Of a DNA stretch of 64,000 nt, positions 18,683 through 28,495 are shown piece after piece (within the stretch, counting starts at the first letter, position 1; each line of letters opens with the position of its first letter). The notes below the pieces were generated by a model. That model had not been told where the DNA came from, made no database searches, and was given only the letters and a program-made list of their open reading frames with translations. The stretch spans positions 303,644 to 367,643 of the forward strand of contig CAVROW010000011.1 of the NCBI GenBank assembly GCA_963722995.1. The letters are read 5' to 3'. Made by a program: the position numbers and the translations under genes. Origin of the DNA: an uncultured Solirubrobacterales bacterium (GTDB lineage Bacteria > Actinomycetota > Thermoleophilia > Solirubrobacterales > Solirubrobacteraceae).

Positions 18683-19501
18683 ATGAGCGAAGCGCCCCCC
18701 ACCACCGCCACCCGCGTACGGGTCGACGTCGCCGATCACGTCGCGACCGTGACCCTGACCCGGCCCGAGAAGCACAACGCGCTCGACCTGCCCATGTTCG
18801 AGGCGATCATCGAGGCCGCCGAGCGGCTGGCATCGGAGCCGGGCGTTCGCGCCGTGGTGTTGCACGGAGAGGGACCGAGCTTCTGCTCCGGTCTCGACCT
18901 CCCCAGCGTGATGGCCGCCGGTCTCGACGTCCTCGTCGACCGCGTCCGCGGCGATGGTGGCGGCAGCCCCAACTTCGTGCAGCGCCCCGGCTATGAGTGG
19001 ATCCGCCTCCCGGTGCCGGTGATCGCGGCGATTCACGGCAACTGCCTGGGCGGCGGGCTCCAGATCGCGCTCGGCGCCGACATCCGCTTTGCCGCACCCG
19101 ACGCCCGGCTCTCGCTCATGGAGATCAAGTGGGGGCTCGTCCCCGACATGTCGATCACCCGGACGCTGCCGCGGCTCGTCGGGATCGACGTGGCCAAGGA
19201 GCTCACGTACACCGGACGCGTGATCAGCGGCCGCGAGGCCCACGCCCTCGGCCTGGTCACGCACGTCGCCGAGGATCCGCTCGCCGCCGCCCAAGCCCTC
19301 GCCACCGAGATCGCCGGTCGCTCGCCCGATGCCCTTCGCGCGGCCAAGCGCCTGCTCGAGGAGTCCTGGAACGCGCCGCCTGAGCAGACGCTCGCGCTCG
19401 AAGCCGAGCTCCAGGTGGGCCTGATCGGCTCGCCCAACCAGCTCGAGGCCGTACGCGCCGGCATGACCAAGCAGCCGCCTGAGTTCGTCGATCCAAGCTG
19501 A
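18683..19501 (+). CDS. Enoyl-CoA hydratase/isomerase family
   Basis: RPEKHNAL; FCSGLD; GNCLGGG; MEIKWGLVPD. Confidence 0.92.
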   Translation: MSEAPPTTATRVRVDVADHVATVTLTRPEKHNALDLPMFEAIIEAAERLASEPGVRAVVLHGEGPSFCSGLDLPSVMAAGLDVLVDRVRGDGGGSPNFVQRPGYEWIRLPVPVIAAIHGNCLGGGLQIALGADIRFAAPDARLSLMEIKWGLVPDMSITRTLPRLVGIDVAKELTYTGRVISGREAHALGLVTHVAEDPLAAAQALATEIAGRSPDALRAAKRLLEESWNAPPEQTLALEAELQVGLIGSPNQLEAVRAGMTKQPPEFVDPS

Positions 19502-19565
19502 CGAAGTTCTCGCCTCGGCCGGATGTCCAGAAGGGGTATGGCCGGCGGTGGAGTATCCGATACCA

Positions 19566-19976
19566 ATGGAAATGAGCCCTGAGCACTTCGAGCTGCGCCC
19601 GACCCTCAAGGTCCTCTGCATCGAGAGCGACCTGGCCGGCGCTGCCCTGATCGAGCACGCTGTCCGCGCCCGGGCCGACGTCGAGCTGCTCGTCGCCACC
19701 GACGGCGTCCGCGGCGCCGAGCTTGCCCGCGAGCACCGCCCCGATCTCGTTCTCGCCGATCTCGACGTCGCCGGCATCGGTGGCGAGGAGGTCCTCGCCC
19801 GCCTCCAGGCCGATCCGAGCACCCGCTCGGTGCCGGTGATCGTCAGCGGCCCGGCGTCGGCCGGCGCCGGCAGGCTGCTCGGCCGCGGCGCGCAGAGCTA
19901 CCTCCCCAAGCCGCTCGACGTGAGCGAGCTGGCGCGGGCCATCGCTCACGGCGTCGAGCTCCCACACGCCGCCTGA
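19566..19976 (+). CDS. Stand-alone response-regulator receiver domain (start uncertain)
   Basis: KVLCIESD; PDLVLAD phospho-Asp; YLPKP. Confidence 0.8.
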   Translation: MEMSPEHFELRPTLKVLCIESDLAGAALIEHAVRARADVELLVATDGVRGAELAREHRPDLVLADLDVAGIGGEEVLARLQADPSTRSVPVIVSGPASAGAGRLLGRGAQSYLPKPLDVSELARAIAHGVELPHAA

Positions 19977-20015
19977 GCCGCCGCGGAGCCGCCGGGGAGC
20001 CGTCGGGGGGCGGGC

Positions 20016-20021
20016 TATACT
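20016..20021 (+). promoter_or_regulatory. -10 box of the tRNA promoter
   Basis: TATACT about 40 nt upstream of the mature tRNA. Confidence 0.55.
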
Positions 20022-20061
20022 CGCGCACTGGCCTGCTAGCAGGCCATTTTGTCGCCACCAC

Positions 20062-20133
20062 TGCGGGGTGGAGTAATCGGCAACTCGCCAGGTTCTGGCC
20101 CTGGAATTCAAGGTTCGAGTCCTTGCCCCGCAG
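20062..20133 (+). tRNA. tRNA-Gln (anticodon CTG); CCA not encoded
   Basis: Acceptor TGCGGGG/CCCCGCA; D arm GAGT..ACTC; anticodon arm CCAGG-TTCTGGC-CCTGG; T arm CAAGG-TTCGAGT-CCTTG. Confidence 0.96.
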
Positions 20134-20162
20134 CCTCGGGCGGCCGGGTCAGGTCAAGTGAG

Positions 20163-21395
20163 TCAGAGCGACGCGAGGTCGCTCGAAAGATCCTGGAGCT
20201 GGTCCACCTGGTCGCCGAGATCGGAGCCGAGCAGCCGACGGGCATGCTCCAGATCGTCTGAGCGACCGACCGACAGGGCGCCCCCGAGCCGCCCTTCGTG
20301 CAGGTACCAGAGGCTGAACTCGCCGGCGTCGATCGAGCCGCGGACGACCTCGTGGTCCCACTCGAGCGCCGGCCCGACGTACTCGAGCGATGCCCAGTCG
20401 GACAGGTCGGAGAAGAAGTAGGGCACCACGTCGTGCGGGTGATCGCGGCCCAGCATGTTGAGCGCCGCCGTCTTTCCGTGGCTGAACGCGACATCCCAGT
20501 GCTCGATGCGCATCCGGCGCCCGCCATGCACGACGCTCTCGTATTCGGCCATGTCCCCGGCGGCGAAGATCCCGGGCACGGACGTCTGCAGGCGGCTGTC
20601 GAGGAGGACGCCGCCCCTCTCCCCCAGCTCGAGCCCGGCGGCACGCGCCAGCGTCACGTCCGGAGCCGCGCCCGCGCCGATCACGACAGCGTCGGCGCCG
20701 AGCTCCCGGCCGGACTTCGTGACCACGGTGCTCACACGGCCATCGGCGCCCTCGAAGCGCTCGAGCTCGTCGTCGCCGTGGAACGCGATCCCGTGCTCAC
20801 CGAGCCGATCGGCGAAGTACCGCCCCGCCTGCTCGCCGAATCCGCGGCTGAGCGGCAGCGACTCGAGCATGACCATCGTGCACGAGCTGCCGAGCTCGGT
20901 GAGCGACGCCGCGACCTCGCTGGCGATGTAGGAGCCGCCGATCAGCACCACGCGCTTGCCGGCGGCGTCCTTACTGATCGCGTCGCTGTTGCCGAGCGTG
21001 CGCAAATAGTGGATCCCCTCGAGCTCGGAGCCCGGCACCGGGAGGCGCCGGACTCCGGCGCCGGTGGCGAGCAGCGCCTTCTCGAAGCTGACCTCGTCCT
21101 TGTTCGAGAGGCGGATCCGACGCGCCTGCACGTCGAGGCCTGTCACCGACACTCGCGTGAGCGCCTCGACCCGCTGCTCCTCGTACCACGACGCCGGCCG
21201 GAACAGCGTGTCCTCGCGGGATTCCTTGTGCTGGAGGTAGCCCTTCGAGCAGGGCGGGCGGTTGTAGGGCAGGTCGGGCTCGCGGCCGATCAGGAGGATG
21301 TCGCCGTCCGCTCCCGACTCGCGCAGCCAGCGGGCGCAGTTGCCCGAGGCGAGACCGCCGCCGATCAGCGCGTACTGCACCTGGCGCAGCGCCAT
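20163..21395 (-). CDS. FAD-dependent NAD(H):ferredoxin reductase-like oxidoreductase
   Basis: IGGGLA; PYNRPPCSK; LLATG; GGSYIASE; IFAAGD; RIEHW; PYFFSD. Confidence 0.9.
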   Translation of the reverse strand: MALRQVQYALIGGGLASGNCARWLRESGADGDILLIGREPDLPYNRPPCSKGYLQHKESREDTLFRPASWYEEQRVEALTRVSVTGLDVQARRIRLSNKDEVSFEKALLATGAGVRRLPVPGSELEGIHYLRTLGNSDAISKDAAGKRVVLIGGSYIASEVAASLTELGSSCTMVMLESLPLSRGFGEQAGRYFADRLGEHGIAFHGDDELERFEGADGRVSTVVTKSGRELGADAVVIGAGAAPDVTLARAAGLELGERGGVLLDSRLQTSVPGIFAAGDMAEYESVVHGGRRMRIEHWDVAFSHGKTAALNMLGRDHPHDVVPYFFSDLSDWASLEYVGPALEWDHEVVRGSIDAGEFSLWYLHEGRLGGALSVGRSDDLEHARRLLGSDLGDQVDQLQDLSSDLASL

Positions 21396-22072
21396 CAGGC
21401 GCCGGGGCCGGCGCCGTTGGGCGCGAACTGCGGCGTGATCTGCGACTCCAGACCCGGATCGAGGATCAGCAGCACCTGGTCGCCGGCCTCGATCACCGAG
21501 TCGGCCTTGGGAACGAAGCCGGCGCCGCCGCGGAGCACGGAGATGATCAGCGAGCCGTCGGGCAGGGCGACGTCCTGGACGCGGCGACCGGCGGCGGTCG
21601 AGCCCGCACCGACCTCTACCTCGATGATCTCCAGATGCTCCTCCTCGAGGGCGAGCAGCTGGACGAGGCCGTACTCCGGGACCTCGTGCTCGATCAGGCG
21701 GAGGATCAGGTCGGTGGCGGACACGGCCGGCTGCACGCCCAGCAGGCGGAAATGCTGGAGGTTGCGGGGGTTGTTGACGCGGGCGACGATCCGCTGGACG
21801 CCGTACTTCTCCTTGGCCACCTGACAGATGAGGATGTTGTCCTCGTCATCGCCGGTGACGGCAATCACCAGGTCGGCGCGCTGGATGCCGGCGCGCTCGA
21901 GCACCCACAGCTCGGTGGCGTCGCCGTACTGAACCGCGTGCTCGAGCTCCTCCTCGACCACCCGGTAGCGCGCGTGGTCGGACTCGATCAGCGTCACCTC
22001 ACGCTCTTTGGCGATCAACTCGCGCGCCAGGTTCCAACCCACCTTGCCGGCGCCGGCGATGATCACGTACAT
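21395..22072 (-). CDS. trkA: TrkA/KtrA RCK protein (RCK_N + RCK_C)
   Basis: IAGAGKVG; GDAT; VTGDDEDN; C-terminal RCK_C. Confidence 0.9.
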   Translation of the reverse strand: MYVIIAGAGKVGWNLARELIAKEREVTLIESDHARYRVVEEELEHAVQYGDATELWVLERAGIQRADLVIAVTGDDEDNILICQVAKEKYGVQRIVARVNNPRNLQHFRLLGVQPAVSATDLILRLIEHEVPEYGLVQLLALEEEHLEIIEVEVGAGSTAAGRRVQDVALPDGSLIISVLRGGAGFVPKADSVIEAGDQVLLILDPGLESQITPQFAPNGAGPGA

Positions 22073-22085
22073 ACGGCCGGTCTCC

Positions 22086-22505
22086 TCACGCGAGTGCGAC
22101 TTCGGTGGCTTGGTCGATCGCCACCTGGGTGGGGCAGATCGTGAGCAGGCCCTGCTCGGCGTACCAGCCGGCCCGGCCTGGATCCGCGACGCGAACGACC
22201 ACGCGCGGGACCTTGAACCGGCGCTGGGCGATCTGTGCGATCACGAGGTTCGTATTGTCGCCCCGGGTCGCGGCCAGGAACACGTCCGCATCCTCGATGC
22301 CCGCTTCGATCATCGCGTCGATCTCCAGCGCCGTGCCGACGGTGAACCGCCCGCCGGCGTCCTCCCAGGTCGTCGACTGGTCCTTGTCCAGCCGTTCGTG
22401 CGACAGCGGGTCGCTGTCGAGCACCGAGACCTCGTGGCCGGCGTCGAGCGCCCGCTTGGCCACGGCGGAGCCGACCCGCCCGGATCCCACGATCAGAATG
22501 AACAT
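22086..22505 (-). CDS. TrkA-family protein with RCK_N only
   Basis: IVGSGRVG; ATRGDNTN; 139 aa. Confidence 0.85.
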   Translation of the reverse strand: MFILIVGSGRVGSAVAKRALDAGHEVSVLDSDPLSHERLDKDQSTTWEDAGGRFTVGTALEIDAMIEAGIEDADVFLAATRGDNTNLVIAQIAQRRFKVPRVVVRVADPGRAGWYAEQGLLTICPTQVAIDQATEVALA

Positions 22506-22576
22506 GTACGGGACTCTAGAGGCCGCCGGGGCTCGGTGCGCACGGGCCGAGCCGGCCCAGCCCCGCCCCCGTGCGC

Positions 22577-23831
22577 TCAGCGCAAGCTCATCCGGAGCGC
22601 GAGGATCCGCGCGGCGGAGCGCTCCGCGTCGGCGCGGCTGATGCGATGGGCGGACAGCGCGCCGAGCAGCCCGCGCAACGCCGCGGCACCGAGCTCCGGC
22701 GTGTTCTCGTCCGGATTCAGCGCCGAGCAGAGCATCAGATCAGCCCCCGCTTGCGCGGCGAGAGTGGCGCGGTGCCCGATCGTGCCGAACGCCGCCAGCG
22801 CGCCCGACGCGAGCGTGTCGGTGATGACCACCCCGTGGAAGCCGAGCCGGCCGCGGAGCTCGCCGTCGATGACCCGCGGCGAGAGCCCGGCCGGCCGGGC
22901 GGGGTCAAGCGCTGGGTACACGGCCCACGAGGTCAGGACCAGCTTGACGCCCGCGGCGATCGCCGCCCGGTAGGGCAGCTCGTCGACGGCGCGCAGCGTG
23001 GCGCTCGACAACTCGAGCGCCACCGGCGCCTCGTCGGTGTTCTGAGCCGCGGCCGCGGCCCCGAGTCCGGGGAAGTGCTTCGCGGTGGCAGCGACGCGCG
23101 TCCCTTGGAGCGCCGATATGAACCGCCCGCCGAGCTCGGCCACCAGGCCCGGGTCCGAACCGTACGAGCGCGCGTACTCGTCGATGAAGTTGCCCGGCGT
23201 GCGGAACACGTCGAGCACCGGCGCGAGATCGACGTTCAGGCCGGCGCCGGCGAGGTTCTCGCCCGCGCCCGCCCCCGCCTCTCCCGCGAGCGCGCTCGGA
23301 TCGGCGCTCTCGCCGATCGCCTTCTCCGACGCCACGGGAGCGCCCTGGAAGCCGGCGGACGACGCCTCCCTCCTGGTCGGTCATCAGCAGCAGCGGCGCG
23401 TGCACCGGGCTCTGCCGGTTCGCCGCATCGATGGCGTCGATCGCGGCGCGCAGCGTCGAGAGGTCGGGGACGTTGGACGCGAAGAAGATGACGCCCGCCG
23501 CCTCGCCCGCGCGGATCCGCGCCAGCAGCGCCGGGGGCGGCGTCGAGCCCGCGTAGGCGTAGACGACGCGCTGTCCCATGAGCTGGCTCGGCGACAGACG
23601 GCTCACCAGCGACGGCGGCGGGGCCGGCCGCGCGGGCCTGGATGCGGCCGCCGGGGCAGTCGATCGCGGCTGCGGGCCCCTTGCGGCGCCAACCGTGTCG
23701 GCTCGGATCCGAGCCGGGTGCGCGCGCTCGTGACGAGCATCCCCGCCGGTCGCGAGGATGATCCCGGTGGTGATCCCGGCGGCGCCGACCGCGCAGGCGA
23801 CCAGCGCGAAGGCGAACCTGCGCGCGCTCAA
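22577..23831 (-). CDS. Membrane-anchored/secreted GH3 glycoside hydrolase (NagZ-like); indel near 23340
   Basis: MTDQEGG; APVLD; RSYG; KHFPGLG; VITD. Confidence 0.85.
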
Positions 23832-23911
23832 GCGCAGGCGCTGGGCGTCAGGTTCGCCTGCTCGATGAGCCAGGTCCCGCTCGCGTCGGAGACTTGGCCC
23901 GGCGGGGTTCG

Positions 23912-25966
23912 CTAGGTGATGATCGGGATGATCAGCAGAGCCACGATGTTCGCGACCTTGATCATCGGGTTGATCGCCGGGCCCGCGGTGTCCTTGTACG
24001 GATCGCCCACGGTGTCCCCGGTGACCGCCGCGGCGTGTGCCTCCGAGCCCTTGCCGCCGAACGCACCGTCCTCGATCAGCTTCTTGGCGTTATCCCACGC
24101 GCCACCGCCCGAGGTCATCGAGATCGCCACGAACAGCCCGACGACGATCACGCCGATGAGCAGGCCGCCCAGCGCCTCGACGCTGATCAGGCCGACGATC
24201 AGCGGGATCAGGATCGGGATCAGCGCGGGCAGGATCATCTCGCGCTGTGCGGCACGCGTCACGAGCGCCACCGCGGCTCCGTACTCGGGCTGATCGGTCC
24301 CGGCCATGATCCCGGGCTTCTCACGGAACTGGCGCCGGACCTCCTCCACGACGGCGCCGCCGGCGCGGCCCACGGCCTCCATCGAGAGGGCGGCGAACAG
24401 GTAGACCATGAGGCCGCCGATGAGCAGCCCGATCAGCACCGGTGGGTTCCCGATCTGGAAGCTGTACTTGCTGCCCACCTCGCGCGAGAAGCCATCGAAC
24501 AGCACGAGCGCGGCCAGCGCGGCCGACCCGATCGCGTAACCCTTGGTCACGGCCTTGGTCGTGTTGCCGACCGCGTCGAGCGGGTCGGTCACGTTGCGTA
24601 CCTCTTCGGGCAGGTTCGCCATCTCGGCGATTCCGCCGGCGTTGTCGGTGATCGGACCGAAGGCATCGAGCGCGACGATCAGGCCGGTCAGCGACAGCTG
24701 CGCCATCACCGCCACGCCGATGCCGTAGATCCCCACGGTCCCGCCGCCGCCGAGCTTCCAGGCGCCGAGGATGCCCAGCGCGAGGACGATCGCCGGGGCC
24801 GCCGTGGCCTGGTAGCCCTGGGCGAGGCCCTGGATGATGTTCGTCGCGTGACCGGTCTGGGACGCGCGGGCGGTGCTCTTGACGGGCGGGAAGCGGGTCG
24901 AGGTGTAGTAGTCGGTGATCACGAACAGGCAGGCCGTGACCCCGATGCCGATCAGCGCGCACAGATAGAACTTCCACCAGTGGGGGCCGGTCGTCCCCGC
25001 GATGTAGGTGAGCTTGCGCATCATCCAGTAGGTGATCGGGATGAAGGCCAGCGCGGCGAGCAGGCCGGACGTGATCAGCCCCTGATAGAGGGCGCGCTCG
25101 ACGTTGCCCGCGCGCGACTTGACGGCGAACGTGCCGATGATCGAGGCCAGGATCGAGACGGCGCCCAGGACCAGCGGGTAGGTGGCTACGGCCGAGGTCT
25201 GGTGGAAGAGCAGAACGCCGAGCAGCATCACCGCGACGGCGGTCACGGCGTAGGTCTCGAACAGGTCGGCGGCCATGCCGGCGCAGTCGCCGACGTTGTC
25301 GCCCACGTTGTCGGCGATCACCGCCGGGTTGCGCGGATCGTCCTCGGGGATTCCCGCCTCGATCTTGCCCACGAGGTCGGCGCCCACGTCGGCCGCCTTG
25401 GTGAAGATGCCTCCGCCCAGACGCGCGAACACCGAGATCAGCGAGCCTCCGAAGCCGAGTCCGATCAGAGCGTCCACCGCGTGCCGGGTGCTCTCACCGG
25501 CGATCCACGTGAGCACGCCGTAGTAGCCGGCGACGCCGAGCAGCGCGAGGCCGACGACGAGCAGCCCGGTAACGGCGCCGCCGCGGAAGGCGACGTCGAG
25601 CGCCCGCGCGACGCCGCTGCGAGCGGACTCGGCGACGCGTGCGTTCGCGCGCACGGAGACGTTCATGCCGATGTATCCCGCTGACGCGGAAAGGGCGGCG
25701 CCGATCAGGAAGCCGATCGCCACCCGGATGTTCTGGAGCGGGATGAGCAGGATGAACACGACCACACCGACGCCCGCGATCGTCGTGTACTGCCGGTTCA
25801 GGTACGCGCGTGCGCCTTCCTGCACGGCCGCGGAGATCGCGCGCATCGCCTCGTTTCCAGGCGAGAGAGCGAGCAGCACACGCGAGGTCAGGACGCCGTA
25901 CACCACGGCGGCAGCAGCACAGACGAGCGCGATGATGACGCCGTGGTGCGCTAGGAAGCTAGACAA
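23912..25966 (-). CDS. hppA: Membrane proton-translocating pyrophosphatase, K+-independent type
   Basis: [11 protein letters not shown]; DNVGDNVGD; GNTTKA (Lys signature of K+-independent enzymes); [10 protein letters not shown]. Confidence 0.95.
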   Translation of the reverse strand: MSSFLAHHGVIIALVCAAAAVVYGVLTSRVLLALSPGNEAMRAISAAVQEGARAYLNRQYTTIAGVGVVVFILLIPLQNIRVAIGFLIGAALSASAGYIGMNVSVRANARVAESARSGVARALDVAFRGGAVTGLLVVGLALLGVAGYYGVLTWIAGESTRHAVDALIGLGFGGSLISVFARLGGGIFTKAADVGADLVGKIEAGIPEDDPRNPAVIADNVGDNVGDCAGMAADLFETYAVTAVAVMLLGVLLFHQTSAVATYPLVLGAVSILASIIGTFAVKSRAGNVERALYQGLITSGLLAALAFIPITYWMMRKLTYIAGTTGPHWWKFYLCALIGIGVTACLFVITDYYTSTRFPPVKSTARASQTGHATNIIQGLAQGYQATAAPAIVLALGILGAWKLGGGGTVGIYGIGVAVMAQLSLTGLIVALDAFGPITDNAGGIAEMANLPEEVRNVTDPLDAVGNTTKAVTKGYAIGSAALAALVLFDGFSREVGSKYSFQIGNPPVLIGLLIGGLMVYLFAALSMEAVGRAGGAVVEEVRRQFREKPGIMAGTDQPEYGAAVALVTRAAQREMILPALIPILIPLIVGLISVEALGGLLIGVIVVGLFVAISMTSGGGAWDNAKKLIEDGAFGGKGSEAHAAAVTGDTVGDPYKDTAGPAINPMIKVANIVALLIIPIIT

Positions 25967-26028
25967 GAAGGTCCTCCGGAGGAATCGTCTGAGGTGAGAA
26001 GGCGCGCGGGGAGCGCAGCCGATAACTG

Positions 26029-26063
26029 AAAAAGGCCGCCGCCCGGCGAAGCGTGCGGAGGCC
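26029..26063 (-). terminator. Intrinsic terminator in the region upstream of hppA
   Basis: Minus strand GGCC-U-CCGC..loop..GCGG-C-GGCC followed by UUUUU. Confidence 0.65.
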
Positions 26064-26125
26064 CGGATTAGGACGGCGCGGGAGTCTAGCAGCGCCGGCC
26101 CTGAAACGCCGCTCTGTAATCCGGT

Positions 26126-26638
26126 CTACTGCCCCGGGACCCAGAGCCGGCCGCTGCGCTGGGCGGGGCCGGGCTCGCCGGGCTGCTGGGGCTCGCCCGC
26201 GGGTGGTGGCTTCGGTGGCGGACCGCCGGGGCCGCCCGGGCCACCGCCGCCTGGGCCGCCGGGGCCACCGCCGGGGCCACCGGGGCCACCGCCGGGATCG
26301 CCCGGGCCGCTACCGGCCTCCCCCGCGCCACCGATCTTGACGAACGCCAGCTGAAGCTGCGAGAGCGCCGCGCGGATCTGTCCGACCTGCTCCGGCGCGG
26401 TCTGCTCGAGCACGGGCATGAGCGAGCGGATCGACTCGATCGCCAGCCTGACCTGTGCCGGATCGCGCTCGTCCTCGCTACCGGGCGCAAGCCCGGTGCG
26501 CAGCATCCCGATGTTGATCATCGCCACCACGTGCTCGATCAGCACGTGCTCGACCCGCACCCTCTTGAGCTCGGCCTCGTAGGCCTCGCGGAGCTCCTCC
26601 TCCGAGGGCGCACCGGCGCCGGCCGCGCCCGTGCTCAT
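26126..26638 (-). CDS. Hypothetical helical protein (DUF1844-like) with a Gly/Pro-rich tail
   Basis: QVRLAIESIR...LSQLQLAFV core; (GGPG)n linker; ends RLWVPGQ. Confidence 0.7.
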   Translation of the reverse strand: MSTGAAGAGAPSEEELREAYEAELKRVRVEHVLIEHVVAMINIGMLRTGLAPGSEDERDPAQVRLAIESIRSLMPVLEQTAPEQVGQIRAALSQLQLAFVKIGGAGEAGSGPGDPGGGPGGPGGGPGGPGGGGPGGPGGPPPKPPPAGEPQQPGEPGPAQRSGRLWVPGQ

Positions 26639-26642
26639 GAGC

Positions 26643-27806
26643 TCACCTGCCGCATCGCGTCACCTCCACGGTGCTCGGAGCATACGTCTCTCGCGTCTGC
26701 GCCACCGTCGCCGCGTAGACCTCGGCCAGGCTCATCCCCGCCTCGATCATCCGCAGCTGACGCTGGGCGCCGTTCAATGGGGGCAGATCTACGTCGAGCC
26801 CGAGCTCCTCGCGCATCGGCGCCGTCCAGCCCAGCAGCCGGTCGAGCGCCTCGCCTCCCGGGTAGAGCTCGCCGTCGGCCAGGTCGATCAGCTCGCCCTC
26901 GACTCCGTAGCGGATCGCGCGCCAGACGTTCTCCTCGACGAAGCGCCGCGCCGGATCCTCGAACGGGACCCCCTCGTCGAGATCGCGTGCGGCCTGCGCC
27001 ACGCATGCGACGATGAGCGCGGCCAGGGCGTCGGACTCGCCGCCGCCCATCTGGGTGTCGCAGATCCGCACCTCGACCGTCCCGAACGAGAAGTGAGGGC
27101 GGATCGACCACCACACCTGCGTGTACTCGACGATCGAGCGGGTGCGATCGAGGAACTCGATGTACCGGGCGTACGTCTCCCAGTCGCCATACGCGTCGGG
27201 CACGCCACAGCGAGGAAAGCTCTTGGTGAAGATCTGCGAGCGCGCGCTGTGCAGTCCGGAGACGCGCCCGTCGAGGAAGGGCGAGTTGGCCGAGATCGCC
27301 AGCAGGATGGGCAGCACCGGCCGCAGACGGTCACACACCTGCACCGCCCGGTCGGCGCCCCGGACGCCGACGTGGACGTGCAAGGCAAAGGTGTTGTTGC
27401 GCCAGGCCACGTACTGGAGCCCCTGCTCGACGCGGCGGTAGTGCTCGGTGGCGATGATCTCCTGCTCGCGGTAGTCCGACCAGGGATGGGTGCCCGTCGA
27501 CCCCAGCGCGATGCCGTGCTCGGCCGCGAGCGCGAACAGCCGCTGGCGCGCGCAGTGCTGCGCCGCCACCGCCGCAGCGAAGTCCTCGCCGCGGCCCGAG
27601 CGAATCTCGATCTCCGAGGAGATCAGCTCGCCCGAAACCGAGCCGGCGAGCACCCGGTCGGCGTCAGCGGCGCTGCGCAGCTCGGCGTAGCGTGGGACGA
27701 GCTCCAGCCCGCTCGGGTCGAGCAGGGCGAATTCCTCCTCCACCCCCACGGTGAAGTCGGTCGACGCGTCGAACGCCGCGCGAGCGGTTTCCAGATCGAG
27801 GGGCAC
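26643..27806 (-). CDS. YbdK/GCS2-family carboxylate-amine (glutamate--cysteine) ligase
   Basis: FTVGVEEEF; GTHP; LHVHVG; SANSPF; WWSIRPH; GTVEVRICD. Confidence 0.92.
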   Translation of the reverse strand: MPLDLETARAAFDASTDFTVGVEEEFALLDPSGLELVPRYAELRSAADADRVLAGSVSGELISSEIEIRSGRGEDFAAAVAAQHCARQRLFALAAEHGIALGSTGTHPWSDYREQEIIATEHYRRVEQGLQYVAWRNNTFALHVHVGVRGADRAVQVCDRLRPVLPILLAISANSPFLDGRVSGLHSARSQIFTKSFPRCGVPDAYGDWETYARYIEFLDRTRSIVEYTQVWWSIRPHFSFGTVEVRICDTQMGGGESDALAALIVACVAQAARDLDEGVPFEDPARRFVEENVWRAIRYGVEGELIDLADGELYPGGEALDRLLGWTAPMREELGLDVDLPPLNGAQRQLRMIEAGMSLAEVYAATVAQTRETYAPSTVEVTRCGR

Positions 27807-27820
27807 GTCCCGAGCTTGAA

Positions 27821-28495
27821 TCAGGTGAGATAGAAGTACAGGGCGTAGAGCAGATCGACGGCCGGGCTCGACGTGTGCACCGTCACCTCGGGCGGCACCT
27901 GGAGCAAGGCCTCAGAGTAGTTGAAGATGATCTTGACGCCCGCGTCGGCCAGGTCGTCGGCCAGCGCCTGCGCGGCTGCGGACGGCACCGCGAGCACGGC
28001 GACCACGATGTCCTCGTCCTCCACGGCGCGGCGCAGCTCGGACATCGGGCGGACCGCGAGCGACCCGATCTGCGTCCCCACCTTCTGGGGATCGGCGTCG
28101 AACACGGCCACGACCCGGAATCCGTGGTCGGCGAAGATGTCCGAGGTGGCGATCGCCGTGCCGAGATGACCGGCGCCGAACAGCGCGATGTTGTGCTGCC
28201 CCGAGGTCCGCAGGATCTTGCGGATCTGGGTGACGAGCGACTCGACGTTGTAGCCGACGCCACGCTTGCCGAATTTGCCGAACCCCGACAGGTCACGGCG
28301 GATCTGGGTTGAGTTCACGTGCGTGTAATCGGCGAGCTCCTGCGAGGAGATCGTCTCCTTGCCCATCTTGCGCGCCTGCGTGAGCACCTGGAGATAGCGC
28401 GAAAGCCGCGCGGCCACACCTAGCGACAGCTTGTCTCCCGGCTTCTCCACGCCTGGCTCGTTGATCTCGCTTCCCCGGCCGACGGTGTAGCTCAT
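27821..28495 (-). CDS. rex: Redox-sensing transcriptional repressor Rex
   Basis: RLSRY; ISSQEL; QIRRDLSGFGKFGKRGVGY; GAGHLG. Confidence 0.96.
   Translation of the reverse strand: MSYTVGRGSEINEPGVEKPGDKLSLGVAARLSRYLQVLTQARKMGKETISSQELADYTHVNSTQIRRDLSGFGKFGKRGVGYNVESLVTQIRKILRTSGQHNIALFGAGHLGTAIATSDIFADHGFRVVAVFDADPQKVGTQIGSLAVRPMSELRRAVEDEDIVVAVLAVPSAAAQALADDLADAGVKIIFNYSEALLQVPPEVTVHTSSPAVDLLYALYFYLT

Noticed and set aside
20062-20160. tRNA-Gln as an integration site
   Set aside because: No integrase nearby and no duplicated tRNA 3' end noticed in the window
25967-26090. Fluoride riboswitch upstream of hppA
   Set aside because: Only a weak GACGAUUCCU resemblance; the 5' GGNGAUG element is absent
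26200-26310. GC-rich short repeats as CRISPR or REP elements
   Set aside because: They are in-frame GGPG codon repeats with no spacers and no cas genes
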